DNA of 64,000 nt from Octopus sinensis (GCF_006345805.1 NC_043003.1:42346001-42410000); one strand, 5' to 3'; shown: positions 25,776 through 40,244, counted from the stretch's first letter. The notes: generated by a model from the sequence alone, not told the origin. Numbers and translations: made by a program.

Positions 25776-26065
25776 GTTTGTTCCTTCTCGAGACACGCCT
25801 GGATCATAAGGGTCGGTTTCCCGGTTTCCTTGGCGTATAGGTTCCCCACCTGGACGGGACGCCGATACGTCGCAGGTAAGCTGCAAGATGCAGGAAGAAA
25901 GAGTGAAAGAAAGAGTCAGCAGAAGTTCCCCATTACCTTCTGCCGGAGCCGTGTTGAGCTTAGGTGTTTCGCTCATAAACACACACATGGCCCGGTCTGA
26001 GATTCGAACCTGCAATCCCTCGACCGCGAGTCCGCTGCTCTAACCACTAGGCCATATGTCTCCAC
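25776..26065 (-). mobile_element. SINE family E, full length with a small internal deletion
   Basis: Reverse complement of 21767-22071. 12-bp TSD aagcca(g/a)cattt at 25764-25775 and 26066-26077. Confidence 0.9.
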
Positions 26066-26689
26066 AAGCCAACATTTAAATATGTTGAAAAGAAATTCCC
26101 CGTGGGTAAGACATTGTGATATCAACGAGCAGAAGCATGACTAATTAGAAAACACTGCACAAAATACTCTGATTAAATAAATTTGTATTCTTTAATTTTA
26201 GTTATTTATTTGATTTAATTCTATTGGTTTCTTTTTCCGCAGCCACACACGGGAAGGGGCGTTGGTAAAACTTCATTTAGTGAAATGGACCACGAAACCC
26301 CAAAACTAAAAAAATGAAATAAAATTTGTGAAAAACCTTCTGAAATATTGCTCTAGGAAAAGTAACAAAATCTTCTCTAAAATCATAACTGACAATCTAA
26401 AAAAAATCATTTAAAGGAATATATTCTGAAATAGCGTATGTCTAAAAATATGGAGCTGTCATATCTGGGACGCTTGTAAGATTTGGTCTCCTCAACATCA
26501 ACAGTATTATAAATAACAATGAAAAGACAAGCGTCTGATGGAATACGAAGCGTGAAGATAATGTCTAGATAAATTGGCATCTGCTTAGACACACAAGTTA
26601 CTAACACTTCGTCAAATATTCTTGTTCAGAATTAGAGCAGTGAAATCACTTAAGGGGTGGATCTTTGCTCAAGTGCGGATTGTTGTGGT

Positions 26690-27580
26690 GGTGAAGATGA
26701 TGATTATGATACCCAAAAGACAAGGAAGGCGAAGGAAAGGCGGTGGAGAAAGATAATGAGGCATGGTGATGAGGATGATGATGATGATCGCGTCGACACA
26801 AAACGACAATGATTAAGAAGACAAGATGAAAGAGGGAAAGGGAGGAATTTAGGATGCAGATAATGATACTGGTGTTCATGGTGGTAGTAAATTTAGAGGA
26901 CGTATAACAATGACGACGACGACGACGATGATGATGAAGATGGTGATGATGATGATGATGATGATGATGAGGAGGAGGAGGAGGAGGAGAGGGAGGAAGA
27001 TTACGACGATGATTATGTAGACGACAACGATAATGAAAACGATGACGATAATATTCATGGAGATGATCTTGATGAAGGTGGTATAGATGATGAAGATCAT
27101 CATCATGATCATGATGAAGACGACGACGACGACAATGATGATGATGATGGTAATGATGGTGTTTGAGAGCGAAAGTCGATAAAGTGATGGGTTAATAATG
27201 ATAATACCAAGACAAAAATAGAAGTAACAACAACAACAACAAAAATTCTAAGGGAAAGAATGGGAGGAAGGGAGGAAGGCGACAAAATGAATATAAGAAA
27301 AAATTAAGGAAGAAGACAAAGAAGAAGAAGAAGAAGAAGAAGAAGAAGAAGAAGAAGAAGAAGAACAACAACAACAACACAACAGCCACAATATCAACAA
27401 CAATTTCAGCAAAATCAACAACAATAGCAACAACAAAATCATCAACAACAATAACAATAACAAAAACAACAATAACAATAACAAAAACAACAATAACAAA
27501 AACAATACGAACAACAACAGCAGCAACAACAACAACAACAACAGCAACACAACTACTACTGCAGCAGCAATTACAGCAAC
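26690..27580. repeat. Compound (GAT/GAC/GAG/GAA/CAA)n trinucleotide arrays
   Basis: Direct inspection. Confidence 0.85.
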
Positions 27581-27924
27581 TGAGAAGAATGATTGAGATC
27601 AAGTATTAGAAGAACGTGAATATGATGACAAAAAACTATAATGAAACACGTGAGAGAATGTAAAAATTTCAGAAGAAAATGTTAGTTGAGAAAATAATAA
27701 CCAGATGGAAAAAAAAAAACAAACAAACGAAAAGAAAATAGAAAGAAATAGTTCACAATGAAATCTTCGCCATATTACGTGGAATTTTCAAGAAAATTAA
27801 TTTTTTACAAATTTTCAACCCAATTTTCTGACATCATTCTCTGCACTACAACACCCCCATACACACACACACACACATACACACTGGCATTTTTTTTTTA
27901 TTGTACTGCCATTTTATACTATCA

Positions 27925-27925
27925 T

Positions 27926-27968
<43 letters not shown>

Positions 27969-28020
27969 CTCTCTCTTTCTCTCGTATTCTCTCTCTCTAT
28001 CTCTCTGTCTCTCTCACTCA

Positions 28021-28075
<55 letters not shown>

Positions 28076-28252
28076 AAGAACTGAGGGCAGCCAATTCTTA
28101 TGGACATGTTCATAGAGAAGTAAATCTATTTTTCTGTCTCTTTCCATCTCTCTATCTCTCTAATTACTCTTCTTCCATTTCAGCGTATACGCGTATACAT
28201 ACACAACGCATGTGTGTGTGTATACACATCTGTTTATATATGTGCATATGTT

Positions 28253-28328
<76 letters not shown>

Positions 28329-28488
28329 TATATATATATTCATATATATATATTATATGTATATCATATTATATATATATATATATATATTCATATATAT
28401 ATATTTTATAATATATATCATATATATTATATATATATTCATATATATATTATATATATATTCATATATATTATATTTATATATATTC

Positions 28489-28543
<55 letters not shown>

Positions 28544-28563
28544 TATATATATTATATTATATA

Positions 28564-28640
<77 letters not shown>

Positions 28641-28670
28641 TATAATATTCATATATATATATTATACATA
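27925..28670. repeat. (CT)n and a long interrupted (TA)n microsatellite
   Basis: Direct inspection; source of the 273-aa IY pseudo-ORF. Confidence 0.95.
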
Positions 28671-29124
28671 TGTACACAGGTCTTTACGTCCGTGTATATC
28701 ACAATGTTGCGGGGAGAGATAGAAACAATCATACGATGACAATAAATTGGAGAAGCATGTACAGAGTAATGGAATAGGCAAAATAGCTGAGGAAATGAGT
28801 TTGGAAACTTAAGAAGTTTCTATAAGAATTAGTTAAAAGATCACATACATCTTTTAACCAGATGACAATATTGGACAGATGATGATGTAGTGGAAAGAGA
28901 GGAGAAAATCGGGCAAACGCACAATAACAACAACAACAATAACAACAACAACAACCATATCATCAATGTATACGTCGCACCATGAAGAGTATAACTTTTC
29001 ATCTGTCGCTGGCATTCGTATACGTGATAGATATGTTTGGAGAACACAAGCATTGCATTAGCTAACATATGGAAGGCGGGGAAAATATTTTTTTAAAAAC
29101 TACTATGATCGTAGTGATGTGCGT

Positions 29125-29170
<46 letters not shown>

Positions 29171-29869
29171 ATGATGTTGCTGTTGTTGTTATTGGCGGTG
29201 ACGGGGATGGTGGCTGCGGTATTGGTCTCGTGTTGGTGCAGTTGTTCTTGTTCTTCGTGGTTGTGGTGATGGTGGTGATGATGATTGTTGTGGTGGCGGT
29301 GATGGTGATGGTGGCGGTGGGAAGTCATGATCATCATCATCATCATTATCATCATCATCTACATCATCATTATCATAATCCTGACCATGATAATGTTCTG
29401 GATCTTGGTTATGATCACAATATAGATGGGAATGGTGATAATAATATGCAATACGATTACAATAGTGACACTGATGATCAAGAAGACTAGCGGGAAGTTG
29501 ATAGCAGTGGTGGTGGTGGTTGTTCTTGTTGGTGTAGGTAGTCGTTGTTGTTGTTGTTGTTGTCGTGGGGGTAGCAGTGATTATAGTTTCTTACAATGAC
29601 ACCACGCTCTATTTCTACTTTCAAAAGTCATCTTAACGATGACGTCTAAGACGCTCTCTTGTGAGATTTCTGTTCCTTAGTATTGACCACAATATTTTAT
29701 GACACTAATCATCGGTTACTTTACTCTCCTGTAGATCATTAAATATATTCAAAATGACACCAGCATTGTTATTATTTCGTATATTGAAACGCATCCGTAA
29801 AACTATTTATATAGTTTATTGAATTGATCTTTTAATAGGAAACATACAGTGTAGCAAAGTTTTTCTTGG

Positions 29870-30300
29870 AGACAATGAACATACACCAAAAATACCTGTA
29901 GCGCCTGTCATTTGATCATACTCACCAGGATCAGGCATTTAAGCATTAAACATGTTTTACTTTATGGAACAGAATCCATAAGTACTACTAAAACTGCACC
30001 CAGGAAAAGGCAAACCTTGATAAAAAGCTCTCCAAGAAGAATCCTCTACGTAACCGTTGGCCATAGAATGTCAACAACATAGATCTCTGTCTAAATATCA
30101 AGCGGTTAGTTGCTGAAGAGAAGAAAATGAGTGCAGTTTAGGAGCACACTACAGGAACCAAATGTTTAATATATGACAAATTCTTACATGGAATATAAAA
30201 TGATAACGAAAGCAATGTCAATTAAGTACTACATCTGGCTTACGAATATTCAGAAGTGTGCCAAGGAGCTGGGGTGGAATGAACAAGGGTAAATTATTCA
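29870..30300 (+). mobile_element. Degenerate RTE-clade LINE fragment (post-RT thumb region)
   Basis: Manual translation gives SIKHVLLYGTES and RRILYVT-WP*NVNNIDL, resembling the RTE motifs VLLYG.ETW and LRRIL.I.W...ISN..L. Confidence 0.55.
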
Positions 30301-30550
30301 AGATAATATTCAAGAAAATATGGAGAATAATTTTAAGACCTAAGTTTTTGCAAGGAGTCAAAGTGTATAATAAAGAATATATATGCATATAACGAGTAGC
30401 CGTAAAGAAGATATATCCGCAAAGAAGAAGACGTAATCGATAACCTGGATCAAGAGAGAGAACAAAATCGATGATGCGAATGAATTTAACTGTAATTTAA
30501 ACGTTGCCGGATGCGAATACAGGTTCGTCATAAATGCTACGCCAGCATAC

Positions 30551-30967
30551 TCTTTTACTCTTTTACTTGTTTCAGTCATTTGACTGTGGCCATGCTGGAG
30601 CACCGCCTTTAGTCGAGCAAATCGACCGCAGGACTTATTCTTTGGAAGCATAGTACTTATTCTATCGGTCTCTATTGCCGAACCGCTAGATTACGGGGAC
30701 GTAAACACCCCAGCATCGGTTGTCAAGCGATGTTGCTGGGGACAAACACAGACACACAAACATATGCACAAACACATACATATATATATATATTATATAT
30801 ATACGACGGGCTTCTTTCAGTTTTCCGTCAACCAAATCCACTCACAAGGCTTTGGTCGGCCAGAGGCTATAGTAGAAGATACTTGGCCAAGGTGCCACGC
30901 AGTGGGACTGAACCCGGAACCATGTGGTTGGTAACCAAGCTACTTAACACACAGCCACTCCTACGCC
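30551..30967 (-). mobile_element. SINE family A, full length, flanked by a 139-bp direct duplication
   Basis: Head ggcgtaggagtggctgtgtgttaagtagcttggttaccaaccacatggttccgggttcagtccc through to the (aaagagt)n tail. Flanks are 30412-30550 and 30968-31106. Confidence 0.92.
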
Positions 30968-32319
30968 TATACCCGTAAAGGAGAAGACGAACTCGATAAC
31001 CTGGATCAAGAGAGAGAACAAGATCGATGATGCGAATGAAATTAACTGTAATTTAAACGTTGCCGTATGCGAATACAGGTTCGTCATAACTGCTACGCCA
31101 GCATACACATGATCAATGCCACGATACTGCAAAAAACTATATGTTGCTTCCACTTGTACAGAACAAAGAAGCGCTGGTTATAAAACAAAATCAACTCTGT
31201 GGTCGATAACAAGTCACACAGTAACAGAGGAAATTGGTTGATGTTCCTGGAAATCGAGGTTGTATTGAGTAAACGTCACTGTTTATTTCGTAACGCAGTA
31301 AATTAGGGGCAATATGAATCGTGACATTAATAGTAATTGTGGAAATTAATATTATTTGCACAGTAATACTAACTTCACAAATGAAAAGTGAACATAGTAT
31401 AACAATATTAATAGCGTATCTATAGTATTACCAGAAATAGATATAAAGGACAAACATTCTCACAGGCATCTACTAGTCTCTGCAGCAACTAGAATTCAGA
31501 CACATTAAGTAGGGTGTAATAACAAATTGATGATAAAAGCAAATACATAGCATGAATCAATAGATGCGAGCTTAAGTAACTTGTATGAATAATAGATATC
31601 AGATAAGCGTTTTCGAACACTATAAGCAATATACGCTTGAAAATTAGACATAATAATCTATCAGTTTCAAGGAGAATAAGAGTGTTAAAAGATTTCTTAC
31701 ACTCTTTCATATCCAGAACAACAAAACACTCTTGTTTAAAATGAAATTTGGTTACTGAAGATACGCGACATGAACATAGAATATTCAATTGGAAAAGAGT
31801 ACAACTGTGCTTAAACAAATTATTCAATAGTGCTTATCAAGTAAAATAACCCAGACGGTAGTCAATAATCCTTTTCCAAGAATGGAGGAAATATATATCC
31901 CAAAGGATAAAAGTAATAGCATAATCAATGAACGAATATAAATCGAAGCACTCAAACACCGAAACCAAAAGTCTCTCGCAAAACTGACGAAACCCAAGCA
32001 CGTAGAAACACCGGTGTCTCAAAGTCCGTACTTCAGTGAAATGGTGTGTTTTACCAACACACATCATTTGAAAGGCGAAGGTGTTCTTTGAAGGCGAAAT
32101 GCAATAGCTATTGACATATTCACGTTAAAATTTGCCGGTACGTATAAAGAGCAAATATGTATATCATGTGTGTGTGTGTGTGTGTGTGCATTCTTTTGTT
32201 TGATGCTGTTACTTCTGTGCTTGTTAGCGCTATGAGTCAATGAAGACACTTTTTCAAGAGGAATACTGCAATGTTTTGTGTTTCTTACAGTTTATCCACA
32301 TCAATTAAAATATACAGTA

Positions 32320-32771
<452 letters not shown>

Positions 32772-34251
32772 CACCTTTGTCAACGATGGAAACGTTTATT
32801 TCGCAATTGATGCAACGCGCCAATTCGTCGTGTGATTAATATGTTTATATCTAACGTCATTTCTTGTCAATATTAGAAACATTGTCATCAGAAAGAGTGA
32901 AAACAGTGAGGTGGACGACAGAAAGAAAGAGAGTGACGGACACTGTAAACTGATATAGGAAGAGGTGTAGTAAAGGAAGATGTTAAGAAATATAAATGTA
33001 ATTAACCAGATATATATATATACCGAAGACTGAGTGGAAATGAAAGAGCGCATAGGAGTTGGGCTAAAGAACGTTAGTAAGGGATGGCAAATAACATTAA
33101 TCAAACATACAGTGACATATAGAAGAAGAGCGGGAGAGAACAGAGTGTCTTGGTCTTCAGTGGGGATTAGTAAGAGGTGCCAAGTGTCAGTAATCAGAAA
33201 TTCAGTGAGAAAAGAAAAAGAAGACAGAGAGAAGGGAGATAGGGAGAGAGGGGGAGGGGGAGAGAAATAGAGAAGCAGCAAAATAAAGATAGGAGAATGT
33301 GTATTAATATTTAGGCAGAGGGAAAGGGAGAGATGCAAGGAAAGGGCATACTCGAAGGACGTAGTAAGTCTTGGGGTATAGGCAGATAGTAAGAACTGAC
33401 AATGTCGCTAATCACAGAATCCCAAGATGTCAGATTGGACATAAATTTGTTATTACCAGAAGGAATAACAAACACTAAATAATCAACATCACAATAGAGA
33501 AATTAGCGCTATAACTGCCCAATTGATACACACCAAAATAGCGGTGTCAATAAAGAACCATTTATTACCATGAGAGACATTTCAGGGTTCAGTTAACTCA
33601 GTCTAACCATTTGGGAATTTTTTGTTTCTTGTTTTTCTCATGGTGTTAATTTTTAATTTTTTCTTTCTTTTTTTTGCGTGCATGTTCTTGATTCTATTAT
33701 AAATAGAGCCAGCCTCATAATTTTGGTCGGAGAAAGAGAGTAGAAAGTATGGGTGTTTATTATAAGAGCGTTTAGTTCGGTTTGTTTCTACCCAATAGAC
33801 TGAAAATGAGAGTAACAAAAAGAAAAAGGAAAAGAAAACGTGTGAGAAACGCACACTCGCAAACATGCCCCCACATTCGCACACAAACACACACACATAC
33901 AAGCAGAGAGAGAGAGAGAAAAAAAGAAAGATGGGTGTTTATGTATGTAAGTGCATGTCAATGTTTGTGTGATAGTGTTGCATATGGCAGCTGGCCATCT
34001 TTATACGATGTTGTTGTTTAACTTGGAAAAGAGCTATGATCTAGGAGGATGTCAGGGACAAAATCGAAACAAAAATAATAAACAGAGTTACAAGGTAATT
34101 AATTTTTTACTCTGTCAAGAAGAAAGAGAGGAGAACACGACGTTTCGGATGGTGGTTCTATGTCCTGAAACCATAAGAAAAAATAAGGAACGAATGATCC
34201 GTAGAGATAATGCCACAAATGTTATGTAGAGATAGATAGATAGATAGATAT

Positions 34252-34325
<74 letters not shown>

Positions 34326-35177
34326 GTGGGGTCAGAAATTTAGAGTGAAATCTAAGATTCAGACAGCTTATTTTCTAGGATGTTATTTTTATAATCTTAC
34401 CACCGGTTACTTGAGCCATAATATATCAAGCGCTATGTTTCTTTTCACTTTTTCAAACGTACGTCGTGATTTGACGCGATTTTGTGGTTATTTCTAGTAG
34501 GTCAAGTTACCACCTGACAGGCTACGAAATTCCTGTTTTGACATCGGCATCATTAATGCACTGTATCTTTGGTCAACACAATTCGTAACTTTTCAATGAT
34601 CCGGTCAAACCAGCTATAAGAAGTAATTGCGTTTTTTTGTGAAGGTGGCACAATTATTATGAGATGTCACAAAGAAACGGTCATGCTTTATACTGAATCG
34701 CTCTACTTCAGCGTTTCCAATCTTTTCTTTCTTGAAGCAAACATGAAATATTGTCAATGTCTGAAGGACGTCTCACGCAAAAATAATTACAGTTCATCAT
34801 TAATCTTTATCTTTCGCTTTCAAAAACATACATTTTGGGAAAGAGCAAACGAAATTTTAAAAGGTTTAGCAATGCCAAATCCAACAAGCACCACAACGAC
34901 CCCTTAGAAAATTTTCATCTGAAAAAAAAGTGCTTAGACTAAATTGTTGTCTATTTCCCTTAACGAATCTAGAATAAATACAAAATCATTGTATCCCAGT
35001 GTTACATTCAGTGAAAAGTCAATTATATTAGGAACAATAAAGAGAAAGGTAAAGCCCTGGTGGACCAGAGAGGAAGAGATACAGACAGATTTGAACAGGA
35101 TGGGACGATTCCCATTGCACAGTTTTCGCCTTTTTTTTTAGTGGATTAGAGTTTAGGTTCGCAAGAGGATTAATATT

Positions 35178-35577
35178 ATACAGCACTATGACCCGGCGTT
35201 GCCGTATCTAGTGCTATTGCATGTTGTTCGTTGCCGGGTCGCAGTAAAAATTTCTCTCTAAATCAAGAGCTAAGTTTCTTATCACATTTCAGCCTGGACC
35301 AGTTTTGTTGTTTTTGAGCTAGTTGGAGCTTTTTATGAGAGTAACTAATATTCATTGGACTTCGGCAATGCTCATATACCCATAACTTATGGGCATAAGG
35401 GGTCGGTTTATCGATTTTTTTAATGGCTTTCTGAGGTCTCTGGGGGAAATGAAAAGATCTTAACGACCATCCTCAGACAGTTTTGAAAGCGCATAGAAAA
35501 TACGAGCCATTTATGTGAAAAACTGTGGATTTGTATGAAGGACACACAGACATTTTGCCGTTTATAGATATAGAGAT
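35178..35577 (-). mobile_element. Non-autonomous Helitron-like element
   Basis: The minus strand starts A|TCTCTATATCTATAAACGGCAAAATGTCTGTGTGTC. It ends with a GC hairpin (cggc-aac-gccg) followed by a decayed CT(A)GT terminus. No TSD. Confidence 0.55.
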
Positions 35578-36451
35578 GTTGGGTTTTAACTCAGAGTATT
35601 AATAACGCAGTTTTTGTTGTTGTTCACAATGAATTTAGATTGATAAAGTTTACCTAAAATGAAAATGAAACACACACGTATACTTAGGACAATATTATAG
35701 AACTGTTACTTCGTTTATTTATAATGGAATAATGGAATCTGATGGAGCACATTCAGCTAGTCCCACTACGTTGAGCGACAACCTATTGACTACCATTTTG
35801 CTATGTGAAAGAAAATAACAGCTCAGCACAGTAACAGACTGGAATAAGTTATTTAGAGAACGGTATTTTTTCATTAGCAATGCCAATTCTTGCTTCTGTG
35901 ATAATAATAGAAGTAAACATTCAAGAAAAAAAAAATGTCTATGTGAGTCTGTATCTGCGAACACGCTTGCTTATGTGTCCGTGCGTGTAAATTTGCTTGC
36001 ATGTACGTATTTATGACTGTCTGTCTGTCTGTACAGATGTATGTATGTATGTATGTATGTATGTATGTATGATGTATGTATGTATGTATGTATGCATGAA
36101 TGGATGTAAGAACTATATGTATATCAGTTCTGTTTGCAATTCATTTCGACAATGCTCAGAGGGATAGAATCTCTATGTTAATTATCGGTGTTGGTCACTC
36201 GCGAACAAATAACGCGTTTTTTATTGAATGCGATTGTATTGCTCGGGGGCTGTAGGCAATCAGTATACGCCAAGGTCAAAACGGTAAGTATTATAGATTT
36301 AATATATAAAAAATATGCAGAGCCTCACGCCACACCATACCAAAATATCAGCCATGTCTGAGGATTCATCTTCCTATAGGTTCTGCTTGGACATTCTTTA
36401 TGTAGACACCAATTACACATACACGCGCGCACACACATACATACATTTGTG

Positions 36452-36483
<32 letters not shown>

Positions 36484-36678
36484 CATGTATATTATATATA
36501 TATAATATATATATATAGATATAGAGAGAGAGAGAGAGAGATGAGAAAGAGAGAGAGAGAGGAGAGAGAGTAGAGATAGAGAGACGAGACGAGAGAAAGA
36601 GAAATGTGAGAGAAAGATGAGAGAGTGGGAGTGGGTAGGGAGAGACAGAGAGATAGATAGATATACATATATTCTTCT

Positions 36679-36778
36679 NNNNNNNNNNNNNNNNNNNNNN
36701 NNNNNNNNNNNNNNNNNNNNNNNNNNNNNNNNNNNNNNNNNNNNNNNNNNNNNNNNNNNNNNNNNNNNNNNNNNNNNN
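36679..36778. other. Assembly gap (100 N)
   Basis: Run of exactly 100 N, which usually marks a gap of unknown size. Confidence 0.98.
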
Positions 36779-36821
36779 TTCTCTTACTCTTACTTCCTGT
36801 TTCTGTTGTACCGTATTCGTC

Positions 36822-36992
36822 AAGGGGCCGACCTTGTCACTCTCTGTGTCACGCTGAATATCCCTGAGAACTACGTTAAGGGTGCACGTGTCTGTGGAGT
36901 GCTCGGCCACTTACACGTTAATTTCACGAGCAGGCTGTTCCGTTGATTCGGATCAACCGGAACCCTCATCGTCGTAACCGACGGAGTGATTC
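36822..36992 (+). mobile_element. SINE family D, 3' tail fragment
   Basis: Homologous (inverted) to 8095-8250. Confidence 0.75.
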
Positions 36993-37220
36993 CATCCAAT
37001 TTTTGAATGGGCGCAAGCATAGCTATGTGAACCTCGCTTTGCGGTCACTTTGGTTTCAGGTTCCGTCCCCATTAATCGACTAATGCCTTGAGGTCGAATT
37101 TGATAGACGGACACCGTATTGCAGCCCGTGGTTTCTTTATATACACATGCACACACACACACATACACACACGCATGCATATATACATACATATACACAC
37201 ACACGTGTGTTGTGTATATA

Positions 37221-37343
37221 TTGGCCTGCTCGCTTAGCCAGCCGAGTGGCGTCACTCGAAAGCTAAAACAGTGCAAAGCGCATTGTGACCAGCGATGTGT
37301 AGCAATATCTGGTAGCCTGGTCGGTCACGGTGATCACGGTGAT
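37221..37343 (+). mobile_element. SINE family C, 3' tail fragment
   Basis: ttggcctgctcgcttagccag ... gtcacggtgatcacggtgat(at)n; inverted match to 7775-7900. Confidence 0.8.
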
Positions 37344-37384
37344 ATATATATATATATATGGATATTGTTGTTTACAATAACATC

Positions 37385-37548
37385 AAGTGGCAAATTCCGT
37401 AGAAGTCGACTTTGCCTTTCATCCTTTCGTGGTCGATAAATTAAGTACACCTTGCGTACTGGGTCGAGCTAATCGACTAGCCCCTTCCTCCAAAATTTCG
37501 GACCTTGTGCCTAGAGTAGAAAAGAATAATATCAAGTGGCATAGCATG
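37385..37548 (+). mobile_element. 5'-truncated SINE B (gtgcctagagtagaaaagaat tail)
   Basis: B core plus tail. Confidence 0.8.
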
Positions 37549-37603
37549 CATAAAAAATACTATGAGGTAAAAGAAATTAATTGATAATCATGGGCACTAA
37601 ATC

Positions 37604-37988
37604 GGCGAGCTGGCAGAAATGTTAGCGCGCCAGACGAAATGCTTAGCGGTATTTCGTCTGCCGTTGCGTTCTGAGTTCAAATTCCGCCGAGGTCGACTTT
37701 GCCTTTCATCCTTTCGCGGACGATAAATTAAGTACCAGTTACGCACTGGGTCGATGTAATCGAGTTATTCCGTTTGTCTGTCCTTGCTTATCCCCTCTAT
37801 GTTTAGCCCCTTATGGGTAGTAAAGAAATAGGTATTTCGTCTGTCTTTACGTTCTGAGTTCAATTTCCGCCGAGATCGACTTTACCTTTCATCCGTTCGA
37901 AGTCGATAAATTAAGTAACAGTTGCGTACAATCGCTCTAATCGACTGATCGCCTCCCCCAAATTTTGGGCCTTTCGCCTAGAGTAGCA
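37604..37988 (+). mobile_element. Composite SINE B: head, core, B2 tail, second core and tail
   Basis: ggtatttcgtctg occurs at 37648-37660 and 37831-37843, and two B cores are present. Confidence 0.85.
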
Positions 37989-38171
37989 AAAAAAAAAAAT
38001 CAATAATAATTATGGGCACTACAGGTAGCACCGACATATTAAAGATAGCAGTCAGAAGACAACTACAACCACATGGGTGTAGTTGGCTTCTGACTGTTAT
38101 TTTTAGCATGCCGGTGCTACCTGTAATACGCTTAATTATCAACACACACACACGTGTATATATGAATGTGT

Positions 38172-38585
38172 TATTTTATTCTTTTACAGGTTTCAATCAT
38201 TTGACTGCGGTCATGCTGGATCACCACCTTTAAGGGGTTTTTAGTCGAAGAAATCGACCCCAGTACTTATTCTTTGTAAGCCTAGTACTTATTCTATCGG
38301 TCGGTCTCTTTTGTCGAACCGCTATGTCACGGGGACATAACACATCACATCGGTTATCAAAAACAGACTGAAAGACACAACACACACACGCACACACACA
38401 AACACGCACACACACACACAGACACGCATATACATACACAATACACACACACACACACACACACACACGTCTACCAAATCTACTCACAAGGCTTTGGTCG
38501 GCCCAAAGCTATCGTCGAAGGCACTTGCCAAAGGTTCCACGCAATGGGTCTGAACCCGGAACCATGTGGTTCGGAAGCAAGCTAT
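38172..38585 (-). mobile_element. SINE family A
   Basis: Reverse complement of the A body with an internal (CA)n. Confidence 0.85.
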
Positions 38586-38614
38586 ATAAACAGGTAGGTA
38601 GAACCATACATACA

Positions 38615-38655
<41 letters not shown>

Positions 38656-38744
38656 ATATTTGCACATGTTTCTTAGTATGTGTAAATTAGTGTTTGTGTG
38701 CGTGAGTCTTTTTCGCTGTGTTGTCCACCCACCTCCCACCGTTT

Positions 38745-38805
38745 TCGACCACCGGTATCATTTGTTTATGTCGCCATAACATAGCGGTTCGGTAAACGAG
38801 ACCGG

Positions 38806-38867
<62 letters not shown>

Positions 38868-38970
38868 TATATATATAAGTACTGGGGATCGATTTGTCTC
38901 GCTAAGCCCTTCAAAGATATGCCTCCAGCTGAACGCAATCCAATGACTGAAGCAAGAAAACGAAAAACAA
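38745..38970 (+). mobile_element. SINE family A, 3' fragment with (TA)n expansion
   Basis: tagcggttcggtaaacgagaccg ... aagtactggggatcgatttg ... aatgactgaagcaag. Confidence 0.65.
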
Positions 38971-40244
38971 AAATAAATCTTAGAAAACTCGTTCAGACCT
39001 GAAGCGTGCGTGTTTAATTTTCAAATATCACATTGGACGAATTATTAAGTTCAAAACGTTAGGACACTCGGTGACAAAAAGTGTTATGTGTGTTTATTGT
39101 CATATGTTAGTCACAACACGATTGGTTAAATATAACAAGACACGTATTGAGACAAACTTTAAGCAGTTTATTACGATAGCAACTTATAATACTACCACAT
39201 TGAAATAACGAATAGGGTCGCAAGCGAGCGGTTTAAAAATCTCACAATGAACGGAATTATTTGAGAGGTATAGACAGAAAGACAGATATACATAGAGGGG
39301 TTTAAATTTAGAAAAGAAAGAGAAGAGCGTATACTACAGCAGTTGAAAAAGTAGTGGTGGTGATGGTGGTGGTAGTAGTTATGGTGATGTTGGTGGTGGT
39401 GCAAAAAAAAAAAAGAAGCTAAAATTGGAAGACAGAAAAAAGAAGGGAAGATACAGGAGTAGAGAAGTAGATTATTTTAGTTTCTCTCTCTCTTTCTTTC
39501 TCTCTATGTATATATATATATATCTATATCGGTATGTATGTATACCATACAGGTGTGCGCATGTGTAATCTAAATTACAAGACAAGGCTGCATCCATTGA
39601 GACATTTAGGCACACACAAACGCGCGCGCACTCACGCACATACACACACGCACATATACTCACATATTAGATATACACTCATACACTCTGTGTGTGTTCA
39701 TATGTATAGCGAGAAAGGGTGAGAAAGTGAGAGTGAGAGAGACAAACAGACAGAGATACACACATACTCACACACACATACACACGTACTTGCGTTTACG
39801 TACACAATACCTTCATACACACACATAGCAGCTGTCTTAACAATACGGGGTGATCATGGATGGAGTACCTCGAGTTAAGCAAAGAACGAAACAACAATAT
39901 ACCCAGACATGCATGAAATACATGCATAAGCATACCAAAATACACCTATACTTTTAAATATACATTTATAGTTCTACATCTAGAGGCACACACAGACATA
40001 CACACGACATACACACGACCACGAGAGTAAAGAATTCATTCACAGATCTGCAAAGCAGAAATATAGCAGACGTTCAGTGACAGATACACAGACACAAACA
40101 TATATACGAAGCTAGATAGATTTGAAAAACGCACATACAAATGAAAGTGTGTGTGTGTGTGGGTGATTGTTTTTAAAGAACGAAGAGTTGTGCATAGATA
40201 CTGTGAAGTCATGTCTGTGAGGTTCAGAAGCTCGATTTTCAACC

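Noticed and set aside
27901-28739. 273-aa and 175-aa ORFs, plus the many IY, CV, HT, LS, poly-V and poly-L ORFs across the window
   Set aside because: They are translations of di-, tri- and tetranucleotide repeats with no domain motifs.
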